Of a stretch of DNA of 64,000 bases, positions 12,047-24,012 are shown in pieces (positions within the stretch are counted from its first letter, which is position 1; each line of letters opens with the position of its first letter). Both the position numbers and the translations under genes were made by a program. Source of the stretch: Octopus bimaculoides (taxonomy: Eukaryota); NCBI RefSeq assembly GCF_001194135.2, contig NC_068984.1:54542589-54606588 (forward strand), written 5' to 3'. The notes beneath the pieces were generated by a model. That model did no database searches and was not told the DNA's origin. It worked only from the letters and a program-made list of their open reading frames with translations.

Positions 12047-14280
12047 CAGTCCCCCACTTATACTAAAGTGCGAGACGTTCCCAAGAATGTTTCTAGACGC
12101 CTGAAGAAATCTAGTCTTCCAGCCCCTCTTGGGGCATAAACTGCTACTAGTTTGAAGGCTCGACCTTCGTTGCCATTCACGTCCAGGACCACCACCCTAT
12201 CATCCGGATAGCCCGTACTTGGAGATCTAAGGATCTCGGAGTTGTACTGCCACACCGCCACACGCTCCCGATAGACTACAAGATGAGAATACCTCGTAGT
12301 CCTCGAAAATGGATGCCAGAACGTGTTTTCCGAAGATCCTTGTTTTACTAACGGCAGCCTCATCCAAATCAACTGACCGGAGATCGTCGAGCAAGTGACC
12401 TTGCTTCCAAGGTTATTCCAGGTCAAGTACATTCATACATCCCATTCTCAGCACGGTCATGCTAGTCGGTGAAGGAAAAGGAGTAGGTTACTCACCATGA
12501 TTTTTGAGAAGCCCGGAAGTTCCGAGGCTCTCTGCTGGAGAAAATTTTTAAAAGCATTTTATCAACGGATTATTTTAAAATCCCCACACTACACGGGGAT
12601 TTTTCTATAGTTTTATAAACGTCTGACGACTTTTTAATGAAGAGTCTGTCCTTTCTCTCTGTCTCTGTCTTGCTTTTGTTTTGACTTACAACATCCATCA
12701 ATCCACTGTTACACTTGTTCACAACAGTGAAATTGATAGATACATTTCGTCTACAATCTGATGAATATTTTTGAAGTTCTGAAATTGGTTGTTTCTGTTT
12801 TTCTGTGAGTTCATGCTGTTGTTGATGATGTTGCTGATTTTGAAGTTGATTTTGTTCTTGTTGTTTTTGTTGGAATGTTTGTGAACTGTTACAGTTGTGG
12901 TTTCAGCATAAGTTTTTGCTAATTTCTTGGAGTAGGGCTATGTATTCTCCTCCACTTTCGCCTACCCACTCTTGTCATTGTGATCATTGATCGTTCAGCT
13001 CTTCTTTCTCCATGTCATTGCAGTTGATGTTGAATTAGGAGGAAGAGCGTTCAAGAGGAACTTGCTTTTCTGTGGCAACCGAGGGTAGACTCCTTCTTTG
13101 TCTTGGTTTGGGAGTGGGTGTGAGCGTGGGAGTAGGTGTAGGAGACTTGAGAACTTGTTTATGATTTTGTACTTGTGGTGTTTGTAGTGTTAGCAGCAGT
13201 GGGGATTTAGTTTTCCTTGTTTCAGGGCAGGAAGCTTTTAAGTGAGTTACAGATCCACATATATGGCATCTTGGCTTTCTACCTTCTACTAATGCTGACA
13301 GGTGAGTACCATCAAGGAGATCGATTAAATCGGATAGCTGGTTGATATGGTCCTACTTGCATTGCAAGGCCAGTTCCGTACTTGTACCTAACCAGTTTTG
13401 CTTAGGTATTTTCTTAACCTCCAAGATTGTCACTTCATCTTCTTCTAAACCTGCCAAGACGACCGCCACTAACCAGGTAATGGATATTTCTGGCGGCTCA
13501 TTCAGCACCCTAATCTTGGCAAAGTTTTGGCCGCGAAAGCTGGGGATTAAGAAAAAGTTGTCATTCCTCAAAGTGGTTGCGGAATTGCATCTAGCTTCTT
13601 CTTCGTCCCAAATCTCACCTCAGTGGTTCCAGACTTCTTTCCTTGGGTGATGTGGGCACATTTGTATTTCACTCTCAGGAACATTTTCCACCCGCCGAGA
13701 CTTGACTCCAATGCAACGGTATGTTACCGTGCACCTCAAAATATTTTCTATCACGTCGGACGGCTGGTTTAAAGCTACCCTACTCCCATCTCTTTTTACA
13801 AATTTTCTTGCCAATTTTAATTCTTCATCTATGTGGAAACTTCCCATATTTCCCGCCGCAAAAGACGCAGAGGCGATATTTGCGTTTTTATGTTTCTTTC
13901 GTACTGTTGCTGCTGTTATTATTATTGGTGTTGTTGTTGCTGTCACTGCTGCTGCTGTTGCTGTTGTTGTTCTCGTTGACGACACCAAAAGTTTTGACGT
14001 TGCTTAGAGACGAAACATCTTTCGCTTCGGGGATGTCATTAAGTTTAGGCCTTTCGATATTCATATTCTCAATTCTTTCCTCGTTTTCAATTTTCTCCGA
14101 CAAGGAACGCGTTCCTTTGTCGAGCATTATTATGATGGCTTCTTTATCGGCCATCTTTAAATAATTAAAGAAAATTGCAAAATATTTGTTTTTGCCGAAA
14201 GCAGTTAAAATTCAAAACTAATTGATGCGCACCCCTGCTAAACAGGAGGTCTATTTCTACACAAAAATACTATCTGCGCA
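12047..14280 (-). mobile_element. 5' half of a Tx1/L1-like LINE: 5'UTR, frameshifted ORF1 with CCHC knuckle, start of APE endonuclease
   Basis: ORF1 pieces are 13888-14154, 13620-13988 and 13353-13571. The zinc knuckle CHICGSVTHLKASC (CX2CX4HX4C) is at 13227-13268, followed by a Q-rich tail. ORF2 starts at ~12462 with LLDDLRSVDLD and VVLDV...FKLVAVYAP...DFFRRLETFL, and is cut at VGDW (~12047). Confidence 0.8.
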
Positions 14281-14379
14281 ATCCAGACAATCTCAGAAAT
14301 GTAATGGTAACAATAAAAATGAAAACACGGGGTCTTAGAAGGCTGAAAAGATTATAAACACTTTTTCAATTTCTGTAAC

Positions 14380-16335
14380 TTTGAAGTATGGCAGCTGGGT
14401 ACGAAAAGGATGTAGGAAGAGTTCTCAGAGTACAAAGAATCACCTGGTCATCGATAAAACAGTTTTTAAAAAACATCATACAAGCATGTCTATGGCTTGA
14501 ATTGACTTTAAGAAGGCATATGATGTGATGCCTCATTCTTGGATCGTTGAATGCCTGCAGATGATTGGTGCTGCTGACAACATCACAAATTTTCTAATGC
14601 ATAGCATGAAAGAGTGGAAAACCAAATTGTACTTAAGTAATATATTCCTTGGAGAAGTTAATATTAAAAGGGGAATATTTCCAAGGCGACACGTTTTCTC
14701 CGTTACTTTTTTTAATTGCACTAATACCCATAACAATGACACTTAGGAAAGTTAAGATGGGTTACTGATGTGGGAAGAAAGGCCCATCATTGAACCATCT
14801 TCTATTTATGGATGACTGGAATTGGTTGGGAGGTTTGAAAAACAGATAGATTCCTTAATCAAAATAGTCCAGAAGTGTGGTAGGGACATCGGTATGGAAT
14901 TTGGGATTACCAAATGCTCAGTACTTAATATGAAAAGAGGGAAGAAAGCAGCTTGCAGAGGATTGCGGTTACCATTAGGAGAGACCATATGTGAACCCGA
15001 CGGTAATGGATATAGATATTTAGGGATTTTGGAACTGGATGACATCTTACACTGAGAAATGAAAAGTCAAGGGTCAGCGAAGTGTGTCAAAAAAGTGTGA
15101 AGATGATGTTGAAATCGAACCTGAATGCCAAAATTTCGATTACCGCAACGAATATCTGGGCAGTTGCGGTGGTCAGATATTGTGCGTCTATCTTCAGATG
15201 GACTAAGAAGGAAATATCAACACTGGATAGAAGGATGAGAAAGTTGATGACGCTGCATGGGGCGCTACACCCTAAAGCAAACGTAAACAGAATGTATATG
15301 AAAAGAAAGAATGGTGGCAGAGGACTAGTTAGTATAGACCATTGTATAAGGAGTGAAAGGAGAACGTTTGCCGAATATTTGATAAATTGTGATGAAGATC
15401 TGCTGTAATATGCCGTGAAAGATATGGGTGTAAATGCAAATGAAATGATGGGCAAGGAAGAGTTTAAACAGAGCTGAGGAGAAGAGAAAAGGCCTTCTCG
15501 AAATGAGAATGCATGGACAGTTTGAAAGGAATGCACAAAACGTTAAGGATAATACAGCATCGTGGGCATGGCTTGATTTGAATCGTACCACCATTACTGT
15601 ACAAGACCAGGCTCTCGTTACCAATTCAGTGAAGTATAACATCTATAAAAACTTATGATACCTAGAAATGTAGACTTTGTGGAAAGAGTGTGGAAAATAT
15701 GACCCACTTGGTAAGTGGATGTGAGAGCCTTGCATAAAAAGAATACAAGCGTCGCCACGATAAAGTGTGTGTGTATCTTCATTGGCTCTTATGCCGTAAA
15801 TACTAATTTGAAGTAACAGAGAACTGGTATGAGCATGTACCAAGTAAAGTTATGCAGGAGGATGGAAAAGTAACGATAGTCTGGGGGTATGATTTTCAGA
15901 AGGATCGTGTAATCAAGCACCGTCGGCCGGATATTGTCATATTGAATAAGAGAGACAAGTACTGTCAGATCATTGATGTAGCCATACCAAATGACATGAA
16001 TGTTGTGAGTAAAGAAGTTGAAAAAAAATCACCAAGTACTCTGAATTGAAAGTGGGAATGGCAAGACTGTATGGAATGCGAGAGGGTAATGTAAAAGTGA
16101 TACCAATGGTGATCGGAGCGTTGGGCTCAATCCAATTGAAACTTCAAAATTTCTGAAGGCAACTGGAAATCCCATGCAAGATTGATGTCTTGCAAAAAGC
16201 AGCCTTATTGGACACAGTGCACATCTTAAGGAAAGTATTATCTGTCTGAGGTCCTTGATGTGACTTGACAGATGCCTAAAGTCTCCGGTGCATTTTTTAT
16301 CTACACTGTGTTACGAAGGAATAATGATAATAATA
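14380..16335 (+). mobile_element. R4/Dong-like non-LTR retrotransposon (RT + RLE), 5'-truncated and degenerate
   Basis: Motifs include ID.KKAYD.MPHSWI, RGIF, LFMDD, YRYLGILE, LHPKANVNRMY.KRKNGGRGL and the RLE motif HRRPDIVI...IIDVAIP. It ends in an (ATA)n-type tail at ~16321-16337. Confidence 0.85.
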
Positions 16336-16439
16336 AGGGAGTATTGAAAGCAGAGAAAAAAGGGAAAAAATAAAGGAAGAAGTACAAAAAGGACATAAAG
16401 AAGCATTACGTAACAAAGGACTACACAATCAATTCCATG

Positions 16440-17255
16440 TAGTCACAACCGGAGTTGCTGGAAAACATAGTTGGGATTGGCTGAAGAAAAGAGCACTGAA
16501 AAAGAGACTGTGAGCACTATTCTGCCAGCGCAAGACCAAGCACCGGCCACGAATTGGAGGGTCAACCTTAGGAATGAGCAAGTGTCTCCCCGCTGTGTCG
16601 CATCTGTAATAGAGTGAACGAAGCCATTTCCCATTTCACGAACGACTCCGCTAGAGTTGCCCAAAACCATTACAAGTTGTAGCGACACGATAAGATAGCG
16701 AAAGTGCTACATTTGAAACTGTGCGTAAAGTGGGGGTTAGAGAAAGGCAAGACGTGGTATGAACACAAACAGCAGAGAGTGGCGGAGTCGGAGACTTGCA
16801 AAATCCTCTGAGATTTCTCAATCCAAAGAGATCAAGTGCATAACAGACTGGACCTAGTGGTGGTAGACAGGCACACCACATGTCCTATATAGTTGATGTT
16901 GTGTGTCCCTTTGATCTATGAATAGTCAAAAAGGGTGGGTGGGGAAAAATAAAAGATAAATACAACCTTCTTAAGAACGAAATAGCCCGGCTATGGAAAA
17001 TGAAGAAGGTGAAGGTAGTGCCAATTATTGTTGGGTCTTGGGGATAATATGAAAGGCATCATGAGGAATATAAAGAAAATCGAAATAGAGTGCCCAGTAG
17101 AACTGTTACAAAAGGTTTGCCTGCTTGGCACGGTCAGAATAATCAGGGAAGTATTAGATAGTTGAAAAGAATAGACAGCATGGAACTGTAGGCTGCAGGT
17201 AGCAAGCCTACCACGCATGCATGACTTCAAAAGTTCAAGACCTGAAATACAAAGA

Positions 17256-17290
<35 letters not shown>
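16440..17290 (+). mobile_element. Second R4/Dong-like 3' fragment (CCHC finger + RLE) with (AAT)n tail
   Basis: Translation gives WDWLKK..LKKET...AQDQA, PRCRICNRVNEAISH..., RHDKIAKVLH, and a KVKVVPIIVG-like end. The (AAT)n tail is at ~17257-17290. Confidence 0.75.
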
Positions 17291-17291
<1 letters not shown>

Positions 17292-17405
17292 CACTTTCAA
17301 TACAGTAACCATAAGAGCATCACAGCAAACCACAGCACATACCCAAGGCACACAGAGCTGCGCTCGGTAGTGAAGTGAAAGCACGTTATAAAAATAAAAC
17401 TACTG

Positions 17406-17490
<85 letters not shown>
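17291..17490 (+). mobile_element. Extreme 3' end of a further RLE-LINE (last codons, 3'UTR, (AAC)n(AAT)n tail)
   Basis: KTLSIQ* begins directly at the preceding (AAT)n, followed by ~95 nt of non-coding sequence and a compound trinucleotide tail at ~17406-17490. Confidence 0.5.
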
Positions 17491-17492
<2 letters not shown>

Positions 17493-17895
17493 GAACCTTA
17501 GGAATGCTGCATCTGCAAGAGTGTGGATGAAACCATTGCCCATATCACGAACGAATGCCCTAGACTTGCTTCAAACCACTACAAGTTGTGGCGACACGAC
17601 CAGGTAGCGGAAGTGCCGCATTGGAAACCGTGCTAAAAGTGGGGGATAGAGTGAGGCAAGGCGTTGTATGAGCACAAACCGCAGAGGGTGGCGGAGCTGG
17701 AGACCAGCAAGATCCTCTGGAATTTCCATATCCAAACAGATCATAATAGACCGGACCTAGAGTGGTGATGGACGAGGTGCACCACATATGCTATACAGTT
17801 GATGCTGCATGCCCCTTTGACCCACAAATAATCAAGAAGGAAGGCAAAAAGATAGATAGATAGATACAACCTTCTTAAGTCCGAAATAGCTCAGT
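17491..17895 (+). mobile_element. Third R4/Dong-like fragment (CCHC finger to RLE), paralogous to 16565-16990
   Basis: Reads CCICKSVDETIAHITNECPRLASNHYKLWRHDQVAEV and aligns visibly with the copy ~930 bp upstream. Confidence 0.75.
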
Positions 17896-17934
17896 TATGT
17901 AAAATGATGATAATGACGATTGTGATGATGAAAG

Positions 17935-18280
17935 TAGCGAGAATGGTTCGAGTGAACGGGCTTGCCTTCAGCATACGCCTGCAGTTGGAAAAAGGAAAGG
18001 AAACGAGAAAAGGCACCTGCCCCAAAAGTCAGGGCACTCATGGTTTTTATGGAGTTTTTCCATGAGCAGCCCTCGAACGTCTCCTCCCTATTGAGAATTA
18101 TACATTGTTGATCTCTTTCTTTTTTCATTATTTTATTAGCCTTGCTTACACGCAGAACCGTCACAACTACACACACTCACATGCATGCACACACACACAT
18201 TTTTTTGTTTTGTCCTGTGCTGTCCGTAATGTTTTTCTTCATGTAAACCCCTGTGGTTAATAAAGAAATCATTATTATTG
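17935..18280 (+). mobile_element. Probable 3' end (ORF2 terminus + 3'UTR) of the Tx1-like LINE family
   Basis: Has KVARMVRVNG-like terminal codons, a T-rich UTR, AATAAA at ~18259 and a short ATT tail. The family link is inferred. Confidence 0.45.
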
Positions 18281-18334
18281 ACGTCATAAGAATTTAGAAA
18301 CTTCAGGAACAGGAAATAATTCTTTTATTAGGAA

Positions 18335-18465
18335 TTCTTCTTCTTCTTCTTCTTCTTCTTCTTCTTCTTCTTCTTCTTCTTCTTCTTCTTCTTCTTCTTC
18401 TTCTTCTTCTTCTTCTTCTTCTTCTTCTTCTTCTTCTTCTTCTTCTTCTTCTTCTTCTTCTTCTT
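18335..18465. repeat. (TTC)n microsatellite
   Basis: Directly visible; it explains the poly-E and poly-R ORFs in the track. Confidence 0.95.
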
Positions 18466-18616
18466 GGCACAGACACATGTTTCATCGGAGAGAAAAAGTT
18501 TGTGAAACGAAGCAAGCTAAAATATGTAGCTGGACAGAGAAAAAATATATATAGAAAATAAAACGGTTAAAATATGTGAGTTTATGCTGCACTACACATA
18601 CACATACAGACGCAGA

Positions 18617-18617
18617 T

Positions 18618-18662
<45 letters not shown>

Positions 18663-18701
18663 TGATAAATAGATAGATAGATAAACAAATAGATAGATGG
18701 G

Positions 18702-18759
<58 letters not shown>

Positions 18760-18760
18760 T
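18617..18760. repeat. (AGAT)n microsatellite
   Basis: Directly visible; a more degenerate (AGAT/GGAT)n tract also lies at ~19900-20095. Confidence 0.9.
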
Positions 18761-19552
18761 AGAATCTGCTAATATTTAAGTGTGTTTTTTCGGGCAAATG
18801 TATGTAGTTAAATGAGCGAATTAAAGGAGAGTTTTAATATTTCCTCAAGCCAAACATGGACGACTGTGCATTCCCAGTTGGTGGAAACTTCAAGTAGTTA
18901 ATAAGACCTCAGCAATAACGTCCAAAAATCTTTCTAAGAAACCAGGAATGTAATTTGTGCAAACAACTACTTTGATGTTTAAAATCTGTCTGTGGCAGCG
19001 AGTCAAAACTGAATATTAGCATTAATAGCACGTGCTACTGAGTTTGACACTACTTGGTCTATATTAGTGATTCTAGTTAACATCTGTTTGCGAATTTTTG
19101 CCGAGAACAGATACAGAGTTGCAATGAATCCCCCGATGGAATATGCGAGGAAGTTATGTTGTCACATACTGCGGAAATCATCAGAAAAGATGAACATTGA
19201 AAGTTATTCCTGGAAATATTCTTGATTAGCATTTTTCGGATCATGTAAGAAAGAAAATTAAAGAAGAAAAAAAAAATGAAGAAAAAGAGATAATATAAGA
19301 GAGAAAGAAAACTCGAAAGCAAGAATATGCGAAAGGAAACCAAATACTAAAAATCTGATTCGAATCCACGAGAAAACAAACTGCCAATATCTGAGGTGTT
19401 GTTTTAATGAATTTAAAGAATTGATACTAAAACACGTATTCAAACAAACAAATACAGACACGTACTTGTGTGTGGAGTATGAGAATGAATGTGCCTGCGT
19501 ATACATACATACATACATACATACATACATACATACATACATACATACATAC

Positions 19553-19805
19553 ATGCATGGGGGTTGTCTACTCCTTAAACGGAGTTTGACCACCTCCTGC
19601 ACCTACACCTTAGCCCTTTCATGGCGTCTGATGTGGCTTTTTAAACCAGACAGTGTTTTGAAAAAACACCCACACAGATTGCACCTCTGATTTGCACTAC
19701 CAATACCTGCAAGTAAGTTCTGCTCATTATGGATCCTAACATGTCTTTTAAGTCCCCCATTGGATTTGCAAACCCTCTGGCACACACCACATTCAAACGT
19801 GTGCA
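19553..19805 (-). mobile_element. Short insert encoding two C2H2 zinc fingers + stop + short UTR, embedded in (TACA)n; probable 3' end of a 5'-truncated LINE
   Basis: CGVCQRVCKSNGGLKRHVRIH and CNLCGCFFKTLSGLKSHIRRH both fit CX2CX12HX3H, with a non-TGEKP linker. The stop is at 19603-19605, and (TACA)n flanks both sides (~19500-19553 and ~19806-19848). Confidence 0.65.
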
Positions 19806-20991
19806 CATACATACATACATACATACATACATACATACATACATACATAATGCATGCATACATACACGAAGGGAGGGCTGGCCAGATACATGAATGGCTG
19901 GACAGACAGTAAGACAGACAGATAGATAGATGGATGGGTGGATAAGTAGATAGATAAATAAATAGATGGATGGCTGGATAAGTAGATAGATAGATAAATA
20001 GATGGATAGATGGAAGGATAGATAAATAAAAAAATAGATAGACAGATAGACTGATGGCTAGATAGGTAGATGGAGTAATAGATACATGGCTAGATAGACA
20101 GTAATAAAAATGAAATAGTTAAAAACAAACAGGCACAGAGACACGTTTAATCATAATAAATTGAAATAGATAAAAGAACAACAGGGTAAAATACATTTTT
20201 TTAATGGACGGCTGGTTGACCATATTACTTCTATTATTAAAGAAAAATTAACAAGCTTCTATAACTCTAGAGAAACGTGTTAGTTAACAAACTTTCTTCA
20301 TGGAAACAATCCAAAGACTGTTATTGTTATATTTAGCATTTGGATATAATCCATAAACTAAGTTTATTAACTGATGCAATTAAGGTTTAGCCATCTCCCA
20401 GAAATCCTATCTTTAAATGAATTCTAAATTGGTTCATAGGTATTATACGTGTGTGTGTGTATGTGTACGTCTGTTCGTGTGTGTTTGTGTTTGTGTGTGT
20501 GTATGTGTGCGTGTGTATGCGTGCACGCGGTGTATGCGTGTGTGCTTGTGCACGTGTGAGTGTGAGAGAGATGGTAAGGGAGACCAAGCGTTCGTATGTG
20601 TAAGAGAATTTGTAAATGTGTGAATGTGTGCATTCAGAGTATTTGTGGAATAGATAGATAGAGAGACAGACAAACAGACAAACAGACAGGCTGACAGGCA
20701 GATAGATAGATAGATGCCTACACAGATTCGTATGCATTTCAGTGAATGCGGTGTTTGAGTATAAAAATACCCTCATATCCATTCTTAGAGTAGAACACGT
20801 AAAAATATATTCAGGATATGGAAATGCGTGATATAATTCCTATAACTTAAGCCAGAAATTCTATGGATGAGTTAAGCGCTAATGACTCGAAGAAATTAGA
20901 ACCTTCTGGATTTGTCGAGAGCGCGCGAGAGAAAGAGAGAGAGAGAGATGGGGAGTGAGATGGGGAAAGAGATGAGGAGAGAGAAATGGTG

Positions 20992-21030
<39 letters not shown>

Positions 21031-22231
21031 GGAGAGAGAGAAGTTTCTTATTTTGATGCGATATATTGGGTTTGCAAGAAAGAAATTTCGGTTTTTTAGG
21101 GTGAAATAAAAGTCATTTTTTTCATGCAAAGAATGAACTTTAATCAATTATATATTTTCCATTTTGTTCGATGACCTTTTACTATCTCTGATAAATTCAT
21201 GATTCCGCGCTCATACAAGTTCTGGTCCTTATCAGGCAAAATATGAAGCAAGTTCGATTTCAGGTCATCATCATTATTGAAAATTTTACCACTCAATGAA
21301 TTTTACAAACTTCGAAATAAATGGTAATCTGATGGTGCAAGGTCAGGGCTATATGGTGGATGTGACATCAGTTCCCAACCGAGCACCAATAATAAACCGA
21401 AAAATTCATACCTTACCAATGATGTCTGCTAAGATATTTGTTCTACATTGAATTAGAAGACCTACATTATTCAGTCTCGCCGTCAGAACTGCAGTGAACT
21501 CGTGACTAATTCGTAATGAGGTCATAACTAATGGGATATTTACTAATTGCGGTATAAAATAAATAAATAAATAAAAGTTTATGTCCCTCCCCGTCAGCAC
21601 TCAAATTTATTTTAGAGACTCAAATTTTGCTTATAACCATAAAAAATAAATTTATCTATTTGAAGTCAACTGCCTAAATTTGAACCATTTCCGTCTAAAT
21701 AAATATTCCTTTGTCATTGAGGTCTACAAGTTGATATATCTTCGAATGGTTGCAAATAATGGCTTATTAATATACGAGGGATTGTGATAATGTTTTAAAT
21801 GTTAACAGTGCTACAACAAAAGTCTCTTCCTCACACTAAAACAAAATAATTTCACTTGAACCTCATTGCCATTTTCAACTTGACTGTTGTCATTTGGTTA
21901 TTTTTCTTTCGTCTTCTCTTCAGTTTATTTGAATTATTTAGCAATGTTATCCAAAAGTAATCCATAAGTTTCAAGACTGCCATTAAGAGTGAAATGTCAG
22001 AAATGTTCAAATGAAATTCACTGAAACACTTATCAAAGAGCTGACAGCTACTAATTGTAAATTAGCTTCTTGAAACAAGTCATGTATTAGAAATACAGTA
22101 TATACTTAATTATTAGTTCTTTTATCAGTTAGGTTTCAGAAATGTTAAGAAAGTAAATTACAAAAAAATAGCGAGAGGATTGATATTAATAAATGTACGT
22201 ATATATCAACAATCATTAATGTTCCCCGCCA

Positions 22232-22292
<61 letters not shown>

Positions 22293-22302
22293 GTATGTAT
22301 GT

Positions 22303-22335
<33 letters not shown>

Positions 22336-22382
22336 NNNNNNNNNNNNNNNNNNNNNNNNNNNNNNNNNNNNNNNNNNNNNNN

Positions 22383-22415
<33 letters not shown>

Positions 22416-22416
<1 letters not shown>

Positions 22417-22740
22417 GAGCGCTCCGTCGGTTACGACGATGAGGGTCCCAGCTGATACGATCAACGGAACAGCTTGCTTGTGAAATTAAAGTGCAGGTGG
22501 CTGAGCAACCCACAGACACATGTACCCCTAACGTAATTCTCAGGGAGATGATTCAGTGTGATACTGAGTGTGACAAGGCTGGCCCTTTGAAATACACGTA
22601 CTACTCATTTTTGCCGGCTGAGTGGACTGGAGCAACGTGAAATAAAGTGTCTTGCTCAAGGACACAACGCGTCACCGGGAATTGAACTCATGACCTTACA
22701 ATCGTGAGTCAAATACCTTAACCATTAAGCCACGCACCTT
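22416..22740 (-). mobile_element. tRNA-derived SINE with family D head and body but a different 3' tail
   Basis: The minus strand has GTGGCTTAATGGTTAAG and GAGTTCAATTCCC boxes, then CTTGAGCAAGACACTTTATTTCACGTTGCTCCAGTCCACTCAGC as in 9840-9990. The sequence beyond this differs, and the element ends in (TA)n. Confidence 0.8.
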
Positions 22741-23309
22741 CACACACACACACACACACATATATGCGTGTTTGTATGTGTACATACATACAAACGTACA
22801 CACACACACACACACACATACATATGTGTGTTTGTATGTGTACATACATACACACGTACACACACACATACGCTCAGGCACGAACATATATTTTCACATA
22901 GACATGGATTCATGCGCACACACCACTTACGTTGGTGACTAGTTTATAGAGTTGAGCCTGTTGCGATCCTAACTCTTATTCGCAGCTAGTCACTACATCC
23001 AGTATCAATTCTAAATATCTTTTTCCTTGAAAGGGAGAAAAGAAGTAAGTAAAAGCAAAAAGAAGTAAAATGAAAAGGAAACGGAAGAGAAAATCATGAG
23101 TTTCGGCATTACTCGTTGAATGGGGAAGAAAAAGAAATGCAGGAATTTGAATGAAAAGGAAAGGATAACAAATACAAGGTTGTCATATTTACAAACAAAT
23201 TAGATGCTTCTGCTGTTTTGGAGGTTAGGTGTGGCATGGGAAGTTTTCTGTGCTTGACCAAATACTATCTTTCTTTTTGTTTTTGAGACGCAGATTAGTT
23301 TATTTATAA

Positions 23310-23376
<67 letters not shown>

Positions 23377-23927
23377 GAGTGAGAGAGCAGTGCATGCCAT
23401 CAAAGTGACACTGGGGTAAAATATACGAAGCCCATTATACCCATCATGACTACCCATCTGATAAGGGTGCACCAGGCACATGCATCACAACCATATGTAT
23501 GCGACACGGTGATCTCATATCAAGATAAACAATGCATGACCTCGCAGGTGGGGCCCAGTTAGAAATTTCTTCAGGTCAGGTAGCCCATCCTGTTCAAAAG
23601 GTTCCTGAATAAGGTTTGTTTAAGGATGTTGAGCAAAACACCCATGTTTCCAAAAGTGAATTATTCAAACCCCAAAGAATTCCTCTCAACACATGGCTAT
23701 GATGCTCCCCCACTACTTTTGCTCATGATCAGAGATGCACATATCGTCAGCCACCAAGAGACATGCTCAACTGGTTACGTTCAAACAACTGACAAGCAAA
23801 TCTGTGGTATTGAGCAGAATATTTACTGTAGCCCATCTTTTATACCAAGACAAAACGTACATGATAACACTTCCAATCAGAGAAGATCAGAAGCCATGAG
23901 AGCCACTGCCTGGTACTGCATCCGGGC

Positions 23928-23930
<3 letters not shown>
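23377..23930. mobile_element. 554-bp non-coding insert bracketed by (ATT)n on both sides
   Basis: Sharp boundaries against pure (ATT)n tracts (23311-23376 and 23931-24011) and a higher GC content than the surroundings. There is no credible ORF and no obvious pol III boxes. Confidence 0.6.

Positions 23931-24012
<82 letters not shown>

Noticed and set aside
12745-12800. CTGATGA...GAAA on the plus strand, resembling a hammerhead core
   Set aside because: There is no pairable stem II or stem I, and it lies in the antisense of the Q-rich tail of the LINE ORF1. Best explained as chance.
18284-18515. Poly-Glu and poly-Arg ORFs (and similar poly-I/L/N, HT, CV and YI repeat ORFs elsewhere)
   Set aside because: These are translations of microsatellites with no splice or homology support.
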